64,000 bases of DNA from Lama glama (taxonomy: Eukaryota). The stretch lies in contig CM052833.1 in the NCBI GenBank assembly GCA_028534125.1, forward strand, positions 18,538,001 to 18,602,000, in the 5' to 3' direction. Position numbers and translations under genes: made by a program. A model generated the notes under the pieces. It had not been told where the DNA came from. It was given only the letters and a program-made list of their open reading frames with translations, and searched no databases. Within the stretch, counting starts at the first letter, position 1; each line of letters begins with the position of its first letter. Shown here piece after piece: positions 50,624 to 62,659 of the stretch.

Positions 50624-50656
50624 TCATTTTGGTGGATTGGTAATTTTTTCTCGATG
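50624..50656 (-). CDS. PIEZO2: PIEZO2 alternative microexon E19 (33 nt)
   Basis: pyrimidine tract+gagcag|CATCGAGAAAAAATTACCAATCCACCAAAATGA|gtaagt; phase 2-2; SIEKKLPIHQNE. Confidence 0.9.
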   Translation of the reverse strand, partial: HREKITNPPK

Positions 50657-53600
50657 CTGCTCAAAGTAATTGAAGTGGAAAGGAAAAAGAGGAGATGAGA
50701 ACAGAAGAATTATAAGGAGAGTCAGAGATCACACATCATGCTACAGATCATCACTATCGCGCTCCTGTGTGCGGCTGCAGCAGGCCTCCGCCCAGCGCAT
50801 CCCGGGGCGGCGCGCGCAGCGTGCTCCGGCTGGGGGCCCTGCGCTCGGCAGCCGGCCTGAGATGGACGCGGCTGCAGCTGTGGAGGGAGGGACACTCGGA
50901 CCGTGGGGGCAAATCACGCCATGCTTTTCAAGGCAGGCAGCAGACCACCCTGCAGCAGTCAAGTCAGTCGCATTGGAAGGAGGATTTCCTAACCTCTCAG
51001 GTGACGTGGCGTTCCCGGCAGCCTTGGCGCAGGCCGCTCCCATCCTGCCACCGCCTGAAGCAGACGCAGCGGAGGCTGGCGCTGGCAGGGGTAAGAAGCC
51101 CGCCTCCCGCCCCCACCCGAGGGCAGGATGCGAGCGGCTGGACCAGGGTCCCGAGAGGAGGCTGCGCGCCCCGCCCAGGGTGGGAGCTACAGCCTCGGGG
51201 AGCCTGGGCGGGGGCACGCGTTTCATGGTGGGTAATAACAAGCCTGCTCTTGCTCGGCCTTTTTTTTTTTCGAGTATATTTTTTCATTCGCATTCAAACA
51301 AGCGTCTGAGGCAACATTCGTGGGCAGTGAAGCAGGCGTTAGGAGACGCTCTGGTTTCTCCACCTGCGATAATTAACCCACACGTCATGGCCTGGCTGTC
51401 ACGGGGTGGACGCTGAGTAATGTCACTGTGTTTGTGCAAGTGTGCGCTCCGAGTAAGTTATTTAACCTTTCTGGAATTTACCTTTTTTTTTAAACAAAAT
51501 GAGGACGTCTGGGTGATAAAAATCTTAAGGTCACGTGCAACTTGCTGGTTTCTCATTTACAATACCTGTGATGTTGAGTGACTATTGCAGTGAATTTGTA
51601 ATAAAGCCACAGACTTTCAGACAGCTTATCCTTCCAGAGTAATTCTCTGTAGCAGGGTGCCAAGCAGGTAATTGTGGAACGTTGGAAACGGGCTGTTAAT
51701 CTGATGAGTAGAGGACGTTCTGAGGGTGACGGAAGACATCGCGCTGGGGTGTGCTTTGCTTTCTCAGGCCAGAAGGCTCGCCCTCCACCTCTGGAAGGGC
51801 TCCCCACTCCTGAAGCTGCAGTCCCGCACCTTCTCCAGCAGGCCTGCTCGTCAGACCTCAGGGACCTCGTCTCCTGCCCTGCGTTGTCAGGAGTCCCACG
51901 TGTTGAAAGGTACCGAGGTGGCAGTCAGGTGCTGCACACCTGTCGGTATTTCTGTGTTCCCTTCCGGGCTTGCTGGGGAAGGCACCTTACAAGCGCGAAG
52001 ACACTCTCCTTACGACAGGAATGTGCAGCTTGTAGTGCGGAAGTACCGCCATTTCTGACGTCTACCTGGACGCTACCAGGACTGGAGACTGACAAGAAAA
52101 CCACTGTCCAGTAATGAACGCAGAGATGAGGCTGTTCCTACAGCCGCCACTTTGGCCGCGCAACGAAACGTCCTCCAGCAATGGGGCCCCGAAAGTGCCG
52201 GGCGGACGGAGGGGAGGCTGCTGACCACAGGAATGAGCATTCGAGTACACCTCTTGGAAGGGAGTCCAGGAGATGCACTTCTGGAAACCTGTCCCAGGTG
52301 CCAGGGGTCTGGGACTAGACGGAGCTGGGGGGGGCGGGGGAAGGGCTTCTGGGCCTGAAGCCCTTCCTCTCTGACATCCTCCTCGCGAGGAAACAGTGGC
52401 ACGATGCCCGCGGGAGCTGGGACGCCCGAGCTCGCCAGCTTGTAAAACAGGACAAAAAAAGAAAAAAGAGAAAAGGGGGGGGGCGTGTATGGTGCTGTCA
52501 CTTACTCGCCTAGGAGTCTGCGATCTGAAACTTCACGGAGAACACCTGCGTGCATGAAACGTGTACAAATGGAAGTATTTTCAATGTATGATTGGATTTT
52601 ATTCTTTTAAAAAGACACCTGTGTGAATCCTTTCATCTTCCTACCGTTTTCCTTCACTTTCATCACAGCGTGTTTTACAGGCCACACAAAACTGTGTGAA
52701 AAGCGGGCCCTCGCGAATCAGAAAGACTAAGATTCAAACCTCAACCAGACATCGGACCCGCCAGGGGGCCTGGCCAAGCTCCTTATCAGGTCTTTTAGGT
52801 CTCAGTTTGCTGAGCTGTAACGTGGAAGGACAGCACTTACTTCCAAGGAAGCTGCGAAAAGGAAGGTGATTTCCGTCCAGCGCTTGACAGGGGAACATTC
52901 GTGGAGTAAGGAACCCCCTGCTCATGACGGGTCTTCTTTGCTCCTTGACAACCTGTGTCCCCCTTTCACGCAGAGGCAGCGGTGGAGCTGGAGGGACCAC
53001 ACAGCACAGCAGGTGGGGGGTGCGCCACACTCAGGCCGTATGTCTGTCAGCAGCAGATCCCTTAGCAGGCCTGGGGCTGGACACGGCCCTTTAGACGAAC
53101 TGGGCAGACGTTTCTTCCTCGGGACTCTGTGTCTGACAGTCTCAACGCCGGGCCCCCTGCCGGCAGCGGTCACCTCCCTCGCCGCCCGGCTGAGCCCGAG
53201 GGCCACCGCAAAGCTGGGGTCTACTTCACTTAGATCTGTCCCCTCTAATAAAACTTTTAAAAGACCTGCTTTTTCAAAAAACCAATCAAACACCACACTC
53301 TAGTAAAAGACGTTCCCTGAAACTCCCAGCAAAGAAACTTGGAATACTCTTGACTCCACCGATCTCACCACCGGAGGCGGCGTTCCCCTCTGGGGTGACA
53401 AACCCGCCGGCTGAGAGATGGGCTCCCAGGGGCCCCGCCCCCACCGTCCTCAAATCCCACTGTGCTGCCATCTCTGCCCTCGGCGAGACCACTCCCTTCC
53501 CTTTGCATTGTCTCAGCCACACCTGTAACTCTGGTCCTGCTTTCATTCTGATCCCGGCTCTGAGCTCCACCCTCTGCTTCTCGACACCGTGGTTCTCTCC

Positions 53601-54175
53601 TTCGCATCCTGAGAGAGCAGGTCATTTCTCCTCGTTCATTTTCTCTCCCTCTCTCACCCCCCAACCGGCTCTCTACTATGTGTGGGTTTCTCAATTTGTG
53701 CCTCCACCCTTTTACCCTAATTACTGCTTGTGGGACCCCCACCCCAAGAGCAGAAATCCGACCTTCCTCTGTGCACCTCCCTGCAAACTGCAGCCTCGTG
53801 CTTGGTGTGCCCTGCGAGTCCCTGAGTGTCTGGTGAACGGACTCTATGCACTGGAGAGACATCCTTATTTGAAACAGAAGAAACAAGTTATGGAGAGTTG
53901 AAGAGGTTTAATTCTGTCCTAGGAAGTGACTTTGGCAAGCCACCTCTTAAGCTAGTTTCCATGAAAGAAAATGCAAATTCTACCATTGTAAAATCTCCTC
54001 GGGTGTAAATTCCACTTACTTATAACTGCTGTAAAGTACACAGCACTCACCTCATTCACTGGACTCTTAGAGAAAAGGAACTCTCTTGCCACTTTGTAGT
54101 ATTTGTAAATAATCCTTAAAGCAGAAGTTCTAAAATGCTAATATTGAATTCTAGAACCCACAAGCACTTTTAGAA

Positions 54176-55060
54176 TCACACGCCCCCCTGTACACTGTGC
54201 TTCTCTCTGGTCACTGACATCACACACCCTCGTCTACACTGTGCACCCTCTCTGGTCACTGACATCCCACGCCCTCGTCTACACTGTGCATCCTCTCTGG
54301 TCACTGACATCCCACGCCCTCGTCTACACTGCGCATCCTCTCTGGTCACTGACATCACACGCCCTCGTCTACACTGTGCATCCTCTCTGGTNNNNNNNNN
54401 NNNNNNNNNNNNNNNNNNNNNNNNNNNNNNNNNNNNNNNNNNNNNNNNNNNNNNNNNNNNNNNNNNNNNNNNNNNNNNNNNNNNNNNNNNNNNNNNNNNN
54501 NNNNNNNNNNNNNNNNNNNNNNNNNNNNNNNNNNNNNNNNNNNNNNNNNNNNNNNNNNNNNNNNNNNNNNNNNNNNNNNNNNNNNNNNNNNNNNNNNNNN
54601 NNNNNNNNNNNNNNNNNNNNNNNNNNNNNNNNNNNNNNNNNNNNNNNNNNNNNNNNNNNNNNNNNNNNNNNNNNNNNNNNNNNNNNNNNNNNNNNNNNNN
54701 NNNNNNNNNNNNNNNNNNNNNNNNNNNNNNNNNNNNNNNNNNNNNNNNNNNNNNNNNNNNNNNNNNNNNNNNNNNNNNNNNNNNNNNNNNNNNNNNNNNN
54801 NNNNNNNNNNNNNNNNNNNNNNNNNNNNNNNNNNNNNNNNNNNNNNNNNNNNNNNNNNNNNNNNNNNNNNNNNNNNNNNNNNNNNNNNNNNGCATCCTCT
54901 CTGGTCACTGACATCCCACGCCCTCGTCTACACTGTGCTCCTCTCTGGTCACTGACATCCCACGCCCTCGTCTACACTGTGCTCCTCTCTGGTCACTGAC
55001 ATCCCACACCCTCGTCTACACTGTGCATCCTCTCTGTGTCACTGACATCACACGCCCTCC
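54176..55060. repeat. 45-bp minisatellite spanning an assembly gap
   Basis: unit tcactgacatcccacgccctcgtctacactgtgcatcctctctgg; about 4.5 copies before and 3.5 after the gap, some 44 bp. Confidence 0.95.
54392..54891. other. Assembly gap (500 N)
   Basis: run of N. Confidence 1.
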
Positions 55061-55064
55061 TGTA

Positions 55065-55195
55065 GTAGCTTGCACACAGCAAATTCAAGTTTGGCTCTTG
55101 GGAGATTTCTGAAATTTTTTTGTTTCTCCAATATTTTCTACCTGTAGTTGGCTGAGTCCATGGATGCAGGACCCGCGGATCTGGGGGCTGAGTGT
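55065..55195 (+). mobile_element. MER2/Tigger-type DNA transposon 3' end
   Basis: aaattcaagtttggctcttggg...aatattttctacctgtagttggctgagtccatggatgcaggacccgcggatctgggggctgagtg. Confidence 0.7.
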
Positions 55196-56052
55196 GGCAG
55201 CCCCTGTCGTCCGGACCCATCAGACCGACTCCTGCCCTCTTTGGTGCCCCAGCCACCTGCTCTTAGAGCACATGGTAAACACGTTATGAGAAACGCAGAG
55301 GGAGGGAGACAGAGCGTGTGGTTCCTCAGGCTTAGAGGGATGGGATTTCTACAGCTGCTCGACCTTTCTAGCCAGAGTCTCTACCTTATTTCTCTGCCCA
55401 ACAGCGGAAAGCCCGAGGCTGACTTTTCTCTCCCACACTGTCAGCAAAACTGACCCAAAGGGAACTGGCCAGTGCTCACTCTTCTTGTTTAGAGGTCGCA
55501 CGGACGCACTAAGTTTTGACACTTCCTGCTAGAAGGTCTGCCTCCTACGGTTCGCTATCTGGTCGTCAGCCTCGGGAGTTTACTCGAGAGAAAACAGAAC
55601 GGAAGAGACAGCCAAGGAATCTCTCAAAAGGTGATTCTGTGACCTGGATTTGTCGCAAAACACATGCTTCTGTTGCCTGCATCACCGCCTTTGCTACTGA
55701 CGACGTGCACTGTCAGAGTGGACGTTCTAAGCGCCTACTTAACAGAGTAAGAAGGCTTTCGGCAAGTCAGACCCCAGGGGACCCTTTCCGTGCGCTCCCG
55801 GGGCGCTCGGGGACAGCCCTGCTCTGTGTGTGTGGCGCCCCGCACGCGTCTCTCCTGCCGGGTGCCGGGTGTCCACGGCAGCGCGGGCTTTGCCTTCTCT
55901 GCAGCGGGACCCGGTGCTGTCCGTCACATGCCGCCCTTCAGTACGTGGCTCTTTCGAGTAGAGGTGCATTTGAATAAGTTGTATGTGTTAACATCCTCTT
56001 AGCCATAGATTGTCATGGCTGTTACCACTTCATTCGGGAAGCAGCTCCTGAC

Positions 56053-56131
56053 GGGGTGGGCGCAGCTCATGGGGAAGAGCACGCTTAGCACCCATGAGGC
56101 CCTGGGCTCCACCCCCAGTGCCTCCACTAAA
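56053..56131 (+). mobile_element. Degenerate tRNA-derived SINE head
   Basis: ggggtgggcgcagctcatggggaagagcacgcttagcacccatgaggccctgggctccacccccagtgcctccactaaa; same family as 15020-15159. Confidence 0.7.
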
Positions 56132-56705
56132 CACAGCTGCTGGGGGTCGGCTGATGGTTAGGTCCCCAGGATCGGTGAGATGTGGATCCCGGGGTGGATC
56201 TGACGGGGACTCCAGGCCTGAGTGGTGGGGGTCTCTGGCAGGGGGGTGGGACAAGCAGGGGAGGAGGCTGGGAGGCCGGTGTCGGAGTCGGTGCTCCGGG
56301 CACCAGAGGGAGGGCAGCCGAGGTCCAGCGGGCAGTCGGCGGTCTTTGCGGGGGAGCTGGGTCTTGAGCTGAGCTCTCAATTATGTCTTCAGGAGGGAGA
56401 GGAGCCCTCAGGCCAGCCTGGGGCTGGTTCTACCCAAGGATGCATTAGTAGCACACACGACTGAACCACGACCAGAGGCCGAGCGCCAGCTCAAGACCCC
56501 CGGCAGCCTCCGAGATCCCTGGGCGGCACCATTTGGCCCCAACACTGAAAAGTTTGGCTTGCAAAATACACCCATGAGCATACCTGGAGAGCACGTCCAC
56601 TATCTGACGACACGGTTTTTCATTTACAGAATAGTCAAGGGTTTAACACACCAAGAGACCATTAAAAAAGCAAGCAAGCAAGAGAGGAAACACTGAGGTA
56701 CCCAC

Positions 56706-56747
56706 CTACTGATTATTAGATACACGCGCCCGCTGACTTTGGCATGG
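56706..56747 (-). CDS. PIEZO2: PIEZO2 alternative exon E18 (42 nt)
   Basis: gcgcag|CCATGCC...AGTAG|gtgggt; phase 2-2; SHAKVSGRVYLIIS, matching the recalled cassette SHAKVNGRVYLIIN. Confidence 0.92.
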   Translation of the reverse strand, partial: PCQSQRARVSNNQ

Positions 56748-59050
56748 CTGCGCGTAGACACGGAAGCACAGGGTGGCAGCGGGGGACAGGAGGGAGAGAG
56801 AAAGAGGAGACGGTTAGCCAGAGAGCACGGGCTGGCTGCGTCCTGCCAGCTCGGCAGCACGGCGTCATCAACACATCCCTGCCCCCGAGAGTCCCCGGCA
56901 GCGAGGTTCAGCAGTGACACGACATCAGACAGAGTCAGGAAAGCGCTTGACAGTCCCACGCCTCTCTGTCGACACCCCCCTCCCCGGCTCACACGCCCTC
57001 AGACACCCTCACGGCTTAAATGTTCAGAGGACGTGGGTCCCGTGAAACACAACCTCAACGATTCATTCCCACACCTCCCCCAGCAGCAAAAATAAAATAA
57101 AATAAAATAAAATCCTCTTAAGTATCCAGATTCCACACTTTGTTTTCTTAGGTTTTTCCAAAACTGAGGTTAAAAAAAAGTCATTCTGCTTCTGCACGCA
57201 TCAGAGTCATGCATGAAACCCAGTCTGGACGAAGTGCAGCGGTGGGCATTTAAATAAGCCACAGACAGCTGGGGCCTTGTTACTAAGTCTGTGTCACGTA
57301 AGAATCCCACAGATACTCTCTCAGTTTGTAAGTGAATCGGTGCAGCCTGAAGCGTCGCCGCAGCGCTTCTTTCACTCGGAAGGGCTGAACGCAGTAAACT
57401 GCTTCCTTCGCAGCCGCCACGCCCCACCCCCCCACGGAGCGCCCGGGACGCACAGAGCAGGGAGCGCGCGGCCGGCTAGTCACAGGGACCGCGGCACCGG
57501 GGTCCGCGTGAGGCATGAAGCGCATCGGTTCCTCCCGACTTGGGAGCCTCTTTTGGGGAAGCAGCTATGAAGGAGGCGAGAACAGAGAAGGCAGAGAGGA
57601 CAGTCGATCCCAACTCTGAAAATCTCCCTCTCTCTGCACCATTTTGACTTGAATGCCGTCATTTACTGGGGTTCTTGGGAATAAAAACACCATCAGGTGG
57701 AAGCTACCAGCAAGAAAAGGACTAACTACAAGAGGAAGATTCCCTGAAAAGACGGGGCACGGGTCAGACGTTCCAGGTTGAAGCTTTGTGGACTTTTATG
57801 TTAGAACCTTGCAGGAAATCCCACAACACGGGCCTTGAGCGAGTTCCTCCAGCTCCCTGAGCTACTAGCAAACTGACTTCCACAGAACCGGAAATGAAGC
57901 CCCACGGTCCTAGGCCGTCCGGAAGGCCGACGCCCACTCTTGCCTGGTCCTTTATGTCTTCCTGGGGAGGTCACCGTCAAGGGGTGCTCAGACCACGGCA
58001 CCCTCCGCTGTCCCTCCATCTCCGGCCCAGCCCGGGGGACGCGGGCTGGAGCAGTGGGGGAGACAGGGTCCAGGCCTTGACGTGAGCAGTCCTCCTCCTC
58101 CAGAACCCCCCTCCCCCAGTAGCGTCCTGTGTCCTCACAGGGAGCTCTGCTGGGCAAGCTCGTCCTCCCACAGTCCCCTCCCGACCCGGGCAGAGCGCTG
58201 ACAGCTCGCTCTCTCGGGAACGGTGCGTGATGAAATGCTACTTCATCTTCTTTGGATGCACACTTTTTTCCCCTTGGGAAATGAGTCTGGGGAGTCCACG
58301 TAAGCTAAGGGCGCTGGCATAGGACACTCCCTTATTCGCTTCACAAGGGTTTTCCCAGGAGCCGACTCGCTGGCTGTCGCGTGAAGCAGAGAGGAAAGCC
58401 AGCATTAGCGCTCGCTAGACGGGCACTCGTGCACCCCCATGGTGGGCCGACGGAGGGCCGAGTGATCCCCACTGTGGCTTCAACACGCAGGCCAGGGAGA
58501 GCGATGGCCCGTCTGCCACCTGTAAACCATGTGTATTTAGTGACGAGAAGGCAATCACAGGGGCTGGTGAAAGAAAACGCTGCCTTCACGTTCTTCCCTT
58601 ACATGTTATTCCAGTTACTAGCAGACGGAGGAGTGTCTGCCTTCAGCCGAGGCCCTTCCCTTCCAAAATGCAAGGGGATTCTGCAGTGAGCTCTCACTCA
58701 CAGGGCTGGTGACTGGCTGCTAGGGCGGCAGAAAACTCATCCTCTGAGTGAGCCGGATTCTATAACTGTTCTCAAATCAATCACCAGCCTGGACGCAAAA
58801 TGCGCATCACCACCCCTGAAGAATCTGAGTCTGCACGGCTGCTCGGAAACCAGCTCGCACGGCAGTCAAGGCCCCCGCGCTAACCACCAGAAACCACTGC
58901 CACTTGCCTCAGAACGTGCCATCGAGTGTCCCACACCTTCCCCCATTTTCCCCCCACGCATGCTCATGGCAAGTTCAGGGCTGAGACGCTAAGTTAGATT
59001 ACTCGTTACCTGCCAGGCAGTGAGAGGCAGGTGCCCCTGCGCGGGCTCAC

Positions 59051-59224
59051 CTGTAGACGGCGCTGTCTTCCTTGCTGGGGATGGACTTCAGGTCCGTGAG
59101 CTCCAGGAAGCGGTCGTGGAAGTAGTGCAGGTGCAAGATGCAGACCAGCAGGAAGGAGGTGGGGATGAAGATGCGGGTGAAGAGTTCCGCTACCGTGAAC
59201 TGCTTCAGGCCGAGGTCCTCCAGC
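59051..59224 (-). CDS. PIEZO2: PIEZO2 exon ~17 (174 nt)
   Basis: tcgcag|GCTGGAG...CTACAG|gtgagc; LEDLGLKQFTVAELFTRIFIPTSFLLVCILHLHYFHDRFLELTDLKSIPSKEDSAVY. Confidence 0.97.
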
Positions 59225-59949
59225 CTGCGAGCAAAGCAAGACAAAGAGCAAGAAGCTTTCTTAGTGGATGAAGACACCCCCCTCACTGTGGCTGGCATCC
59301 CCTGGCCACCCTCAGCCCAGGGTGGCTTTGTCCCCTCCGGCGCAGCTAACCCACCCTGGACAGGGCAGCGTCGGTGGCTGCTTCTCCGTCCTTGCGGACT
59401 CCCGCCTGCCGTCCTCTGGGACCACCCCACGCTGCCCTGCTTGCCCCTTCCCCCTCCAGCTCCTCCTTCTCGGCCGGACCCTGGGTGCTGACGGGCCCGA
59501 GCTCAGCGGGGAGTCTCTCCTCTAGCTGATTCCCCCGCCTCGTCACCTCACCCCACCCGGGGATGCTTGCTCCACCTTCACACCCACGATGCAAACGTGC
59601 AGTTACGGCTTGGGTTTCTCCTGGGGACTCCGCTACACAAACGCCTGCTGGAAACTGGCTGTCCCTCAGGGTCTCACACTGAGTGTCTTCAGGAGAGTCT
59701 TCTCCATTTCCCTGGTTTCCTAAGACAGCTGCGCTGCCCCCACGCTGGCTGCCCTGGTACAGCCGTCTACCTCGTGTGAGATGCCGAGGTCAGGACGTCT
59801 CCCTGGGTGCTTCGCTTGCCTTTGTGGCTCCACCACTCATGTTTCCTGTAACCTCATCTCTGAATCTGCCCCCTCTGGCTTCTGTCTCGGCCCTCCTGTT
59901 CTAGGTGAAGCACCACCTTCTCTCACAGGACCCCTGCTGACCAGTCTTG

Positions 59950-60512
59950 TGTCGACTCCTGCCTCCCCACTCGTCACTGTTCCCTCAGCCAGGCAAGAGT
60001 TCTTCAAAGACTTTTCAAAATGCCACTGCCTATAAGCCATGCACTTCTGGGCGCCTGGCGGGCCCCTCCCACCTCTTCCCCCTCTACGCTCCCCTTGCCA
60101 GGCTCTGGCCTGCCCCAGGGCCTTTGCATTTGCTATTTCCTTTTTCTGGAATGTTCTTTCATTTCCAGCTCCCAAATTCCACACTTTTCTAAAGACAAGC
60201 TCCTCCTTATTCAGGTGGAGTTTAAATGATGCCCCACCTCCTCTGGGAAGCCTGCCCTGACCACTCCATCTACACAGGTCGTGTCCTCTCACTGTTCACG
60301 ACCTGGCCTGTTTCTGTTTCCTTCACAGACGCATCACAGTGATTTCTTTGTACATGAATTGGGTTTTTTTTTTTTTCGGTTGGCCTTTTGGTCTTCTCTC
60401 CTAGAATATAAACTCCATGGGGCTTAGACTGTCTTGCTTCTGATTGCATCCTTGGGTGAAGAACAGCGTCCGGCTCACGGGGGGCATTCAAGACTCACTT
60501 GCTGAATTGATG
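59950..60512 (+). mobile_element. L2 3' region; boundaries approximate
   Basis: cagggcctttgcatttgctatttcc...ctggaatgttctt...ctagaatataaactccatgggg...cttgctgaattgatg. Confidence 0.7.
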
Positions 60513-61161
60513 TGAAAGACGTGTGAGTCTCCTTACAAGGGGGACCAGGGGACCTTCCTTTTAAGCTTTCCTCTCAACCACCTCTGGGCATTCGGCTCTG
60601 TGCCCAGCTCTGGCTGGATTCCTAAACAAATCTCACAAACTGACAGAAGCAAATCAGAAAAAGCTAGAGTCCCATCTGCTTCATGCACAGGACAAGCTTC
60701 ACCACCACCAGTCCACTGGCACTTTTTCTCCGGCACCGACTACTCCTCAGAATCTCAGCGCCGGCCGCGCCCGTGAGGAGAGGCCCCTGCTCTCCATGAC
60801 GAGCCTGTGGACGAAGAACTGGGCGCCGGCGAGGAGCACACAAGGCAGGGCTGCAGGGACCCGGCCCCTAACACTCGTGGGACACACACGGAACTGACAC
60901 CAGACAAGGGCACTTCCTTAACAGGAGGCTGAAGGCTCCCTCTTCAGCCGAGTCTTACTGAGCACCTGCTGTGCGCCAAGAGCTCAGGGTCAGGTAGGAG
61001 ACCCCAGACGGCCAGGACGGGAGTCCTGCCCTGGAGAGGCTGGCAGACCGAGGCAACATCGTGCTCCACTAAAACCTCCCGTAAAGACGTTGTGAACAAC
61101 ACGCATCCATGGTTCCCCCTGTTCGTCACTTTCCGCCCCGCGGAACACCACAACTGCTTAC

Positions 61162-61310
61162 TTTTCTTTTTTCAATCCAGTCATGTTTTGCCACAGGCCT
61201 GGGAAGTTTTCAAACTGATACGTGTATATAAAAATAAGCACCAGCATCGTGTAGATAACCACGGACATCCAAAAATATTTCAGGATTCGCCTCCACCACT
61301 CATAGTGCAC
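61162..61310 (-). CDS. PIEZO2: PIEZO2 exon ~16 (149 nt)
   Basis: ccacag|GTGCAC...GAAAA|gtaagc; VHYEWWRRILKYFWMSVVIYTMLVLIFIYTYQFENFPGLWQNMTGLKKEK. Confidence 0.96.
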
Positions 61311-62081
61311 CTGTGGATCAGATGTTGAAAAACAAGTTAGAAAAAAAATTGCTTATTGAAGACTCACAAAAATATCCAGCTTCCTCAAGGAAGATGGGGG
61401 ATTCTACCTACAAATGTTTGAAAACAAGGTCAAGTCCACTTCTGGTTTTGGAGGTTCTGTTCCTCGTGGATGTGGGTGGACGCGGACTGGAACCGGTTTC
61501 TCCCAGCAGCTGTTAACTGTGTCTTTGGGCAAAGCTGCTGGACCACCCCGAGCTGGTGCCCTCCTTGAGGGTACTTACTTTACAGCCATTCGGAGGGTGA
61601 AGTAACCGTATATGTAAGGCCCCGGTGATCCCTGGCCTACGGGGCTTTCAGGATGTACGGTGGCAGCTGCTGCCACGTGGGTCTTGCCGGGGGAACGGCC
61701 TCCTTTTTGAAACTCATGCCGTGTGACTACAAAGGTGAAACCGAGGACACGGGAGACATCCCTCTTGACCACAAGCCCGTGGATTTTCACGAGAGACCAT
61801 CTACCCGGAATTTCAGAAAGTATTTCGGAACTTTATTGACTTCAGCTGTGACACTTTCACCTCCACGTGTAACACTCTCTTTCTCATAGTTGGTCTATTT
61901 GTTCCTTTGGTTGTCTGCAAGGACACTTCACTGTCACATCTGTTTTTATCACCAGGTTCCCTTCCATCTCAGTTAAAATGGAAGCTGTGCAGCGGCTAAC
62001 TTGTTTTAATTTAACGTTTTATAAATTCTAGTTCATGCAAACTGCAGCACTTGTCGCATTATACACATGTTTGCATGCGCC

Positions 62082-62083
<2 letters not shown>

Positions 62084-62132
<49 letters not shown>
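62084..62132. repeat. (CA)~24 microsatellite
   Basis: directly visible. Confidence 0.98.
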
Positions 62133-62135
<3 letters not shown>

Positions 62136-62411
62136 GCTTTCTGATTCCGAAGTCCAAAATACAAATGGACTGAGCACCATGCAGTGTTTTCGATCATTCA
62201 GCTACTGTTCTTAAATTATTATTCAAAAATACAATCCAGCTATATAGGCTTCTTTTGTTAATTTTTGAAAGACAACTTTTTTTTTTTCTGACTTTTTAAG
62301 AACCTGGCATTTTAAAAGAGTGAACGGGTGGAACACAGCCATGTCTCATTTTAGGACCCCTGGTGGGTGATGCTCGGTCTCATCAACTACGTCAGGTGAC
62401 ATGTTCACGAA

Positions 62412-62550
62412 GGGGGAGGGCGCCGCTCGGGGGCAGAGCCCTGCTTAGTGCGCACAGGTCCTGGGTTCAACCCCCAGTCCCTCCATTAAAAACATTAATT
62501 AATTAATAAACCTAAGCACCACACCTGCCCCCAGGAAGGAAAACAGATCA
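62412..62550 (+). mobile_element. tRNA-derived SINE (camelid Vic-1-like) with 18-bp TSD
   Basis: gggggagggcgccgctcgggggcagagccctgcttagtgcgcacaggtcctgggttcaacccccagtccctccattaaa; TSD caggtgacatgttcacga (62393-62410) / cagatgacacgttcacga (62551-62568). Confidence 0.85.
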
Positions 62551-62659
62551 CAGATGACACGTTCACGAGATTCTGGTAACAGGACCCCATCAGAGGAAGC
62601 TCAGGCACACTGCTGGACAGATGTGAGGACCGAAAGACAGAGGGCCACCGCCCACCCAC

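Noticed and set aside
52820-53310. Possible second LTR with AATAAA near 53247
   Set aside because: I could not identify termini or a family from the sequence alone.
54176-54999. ORFs with 15-aa repeats and X runs
   Set aside because: Artefacts of the 45-bp minisatellite and the N gap.
54176-55060. CRISPR-like array
   Set aside because: Units are head-to-tail with no unique spacers, there are no cas genes, and the context is a mammalian intron.
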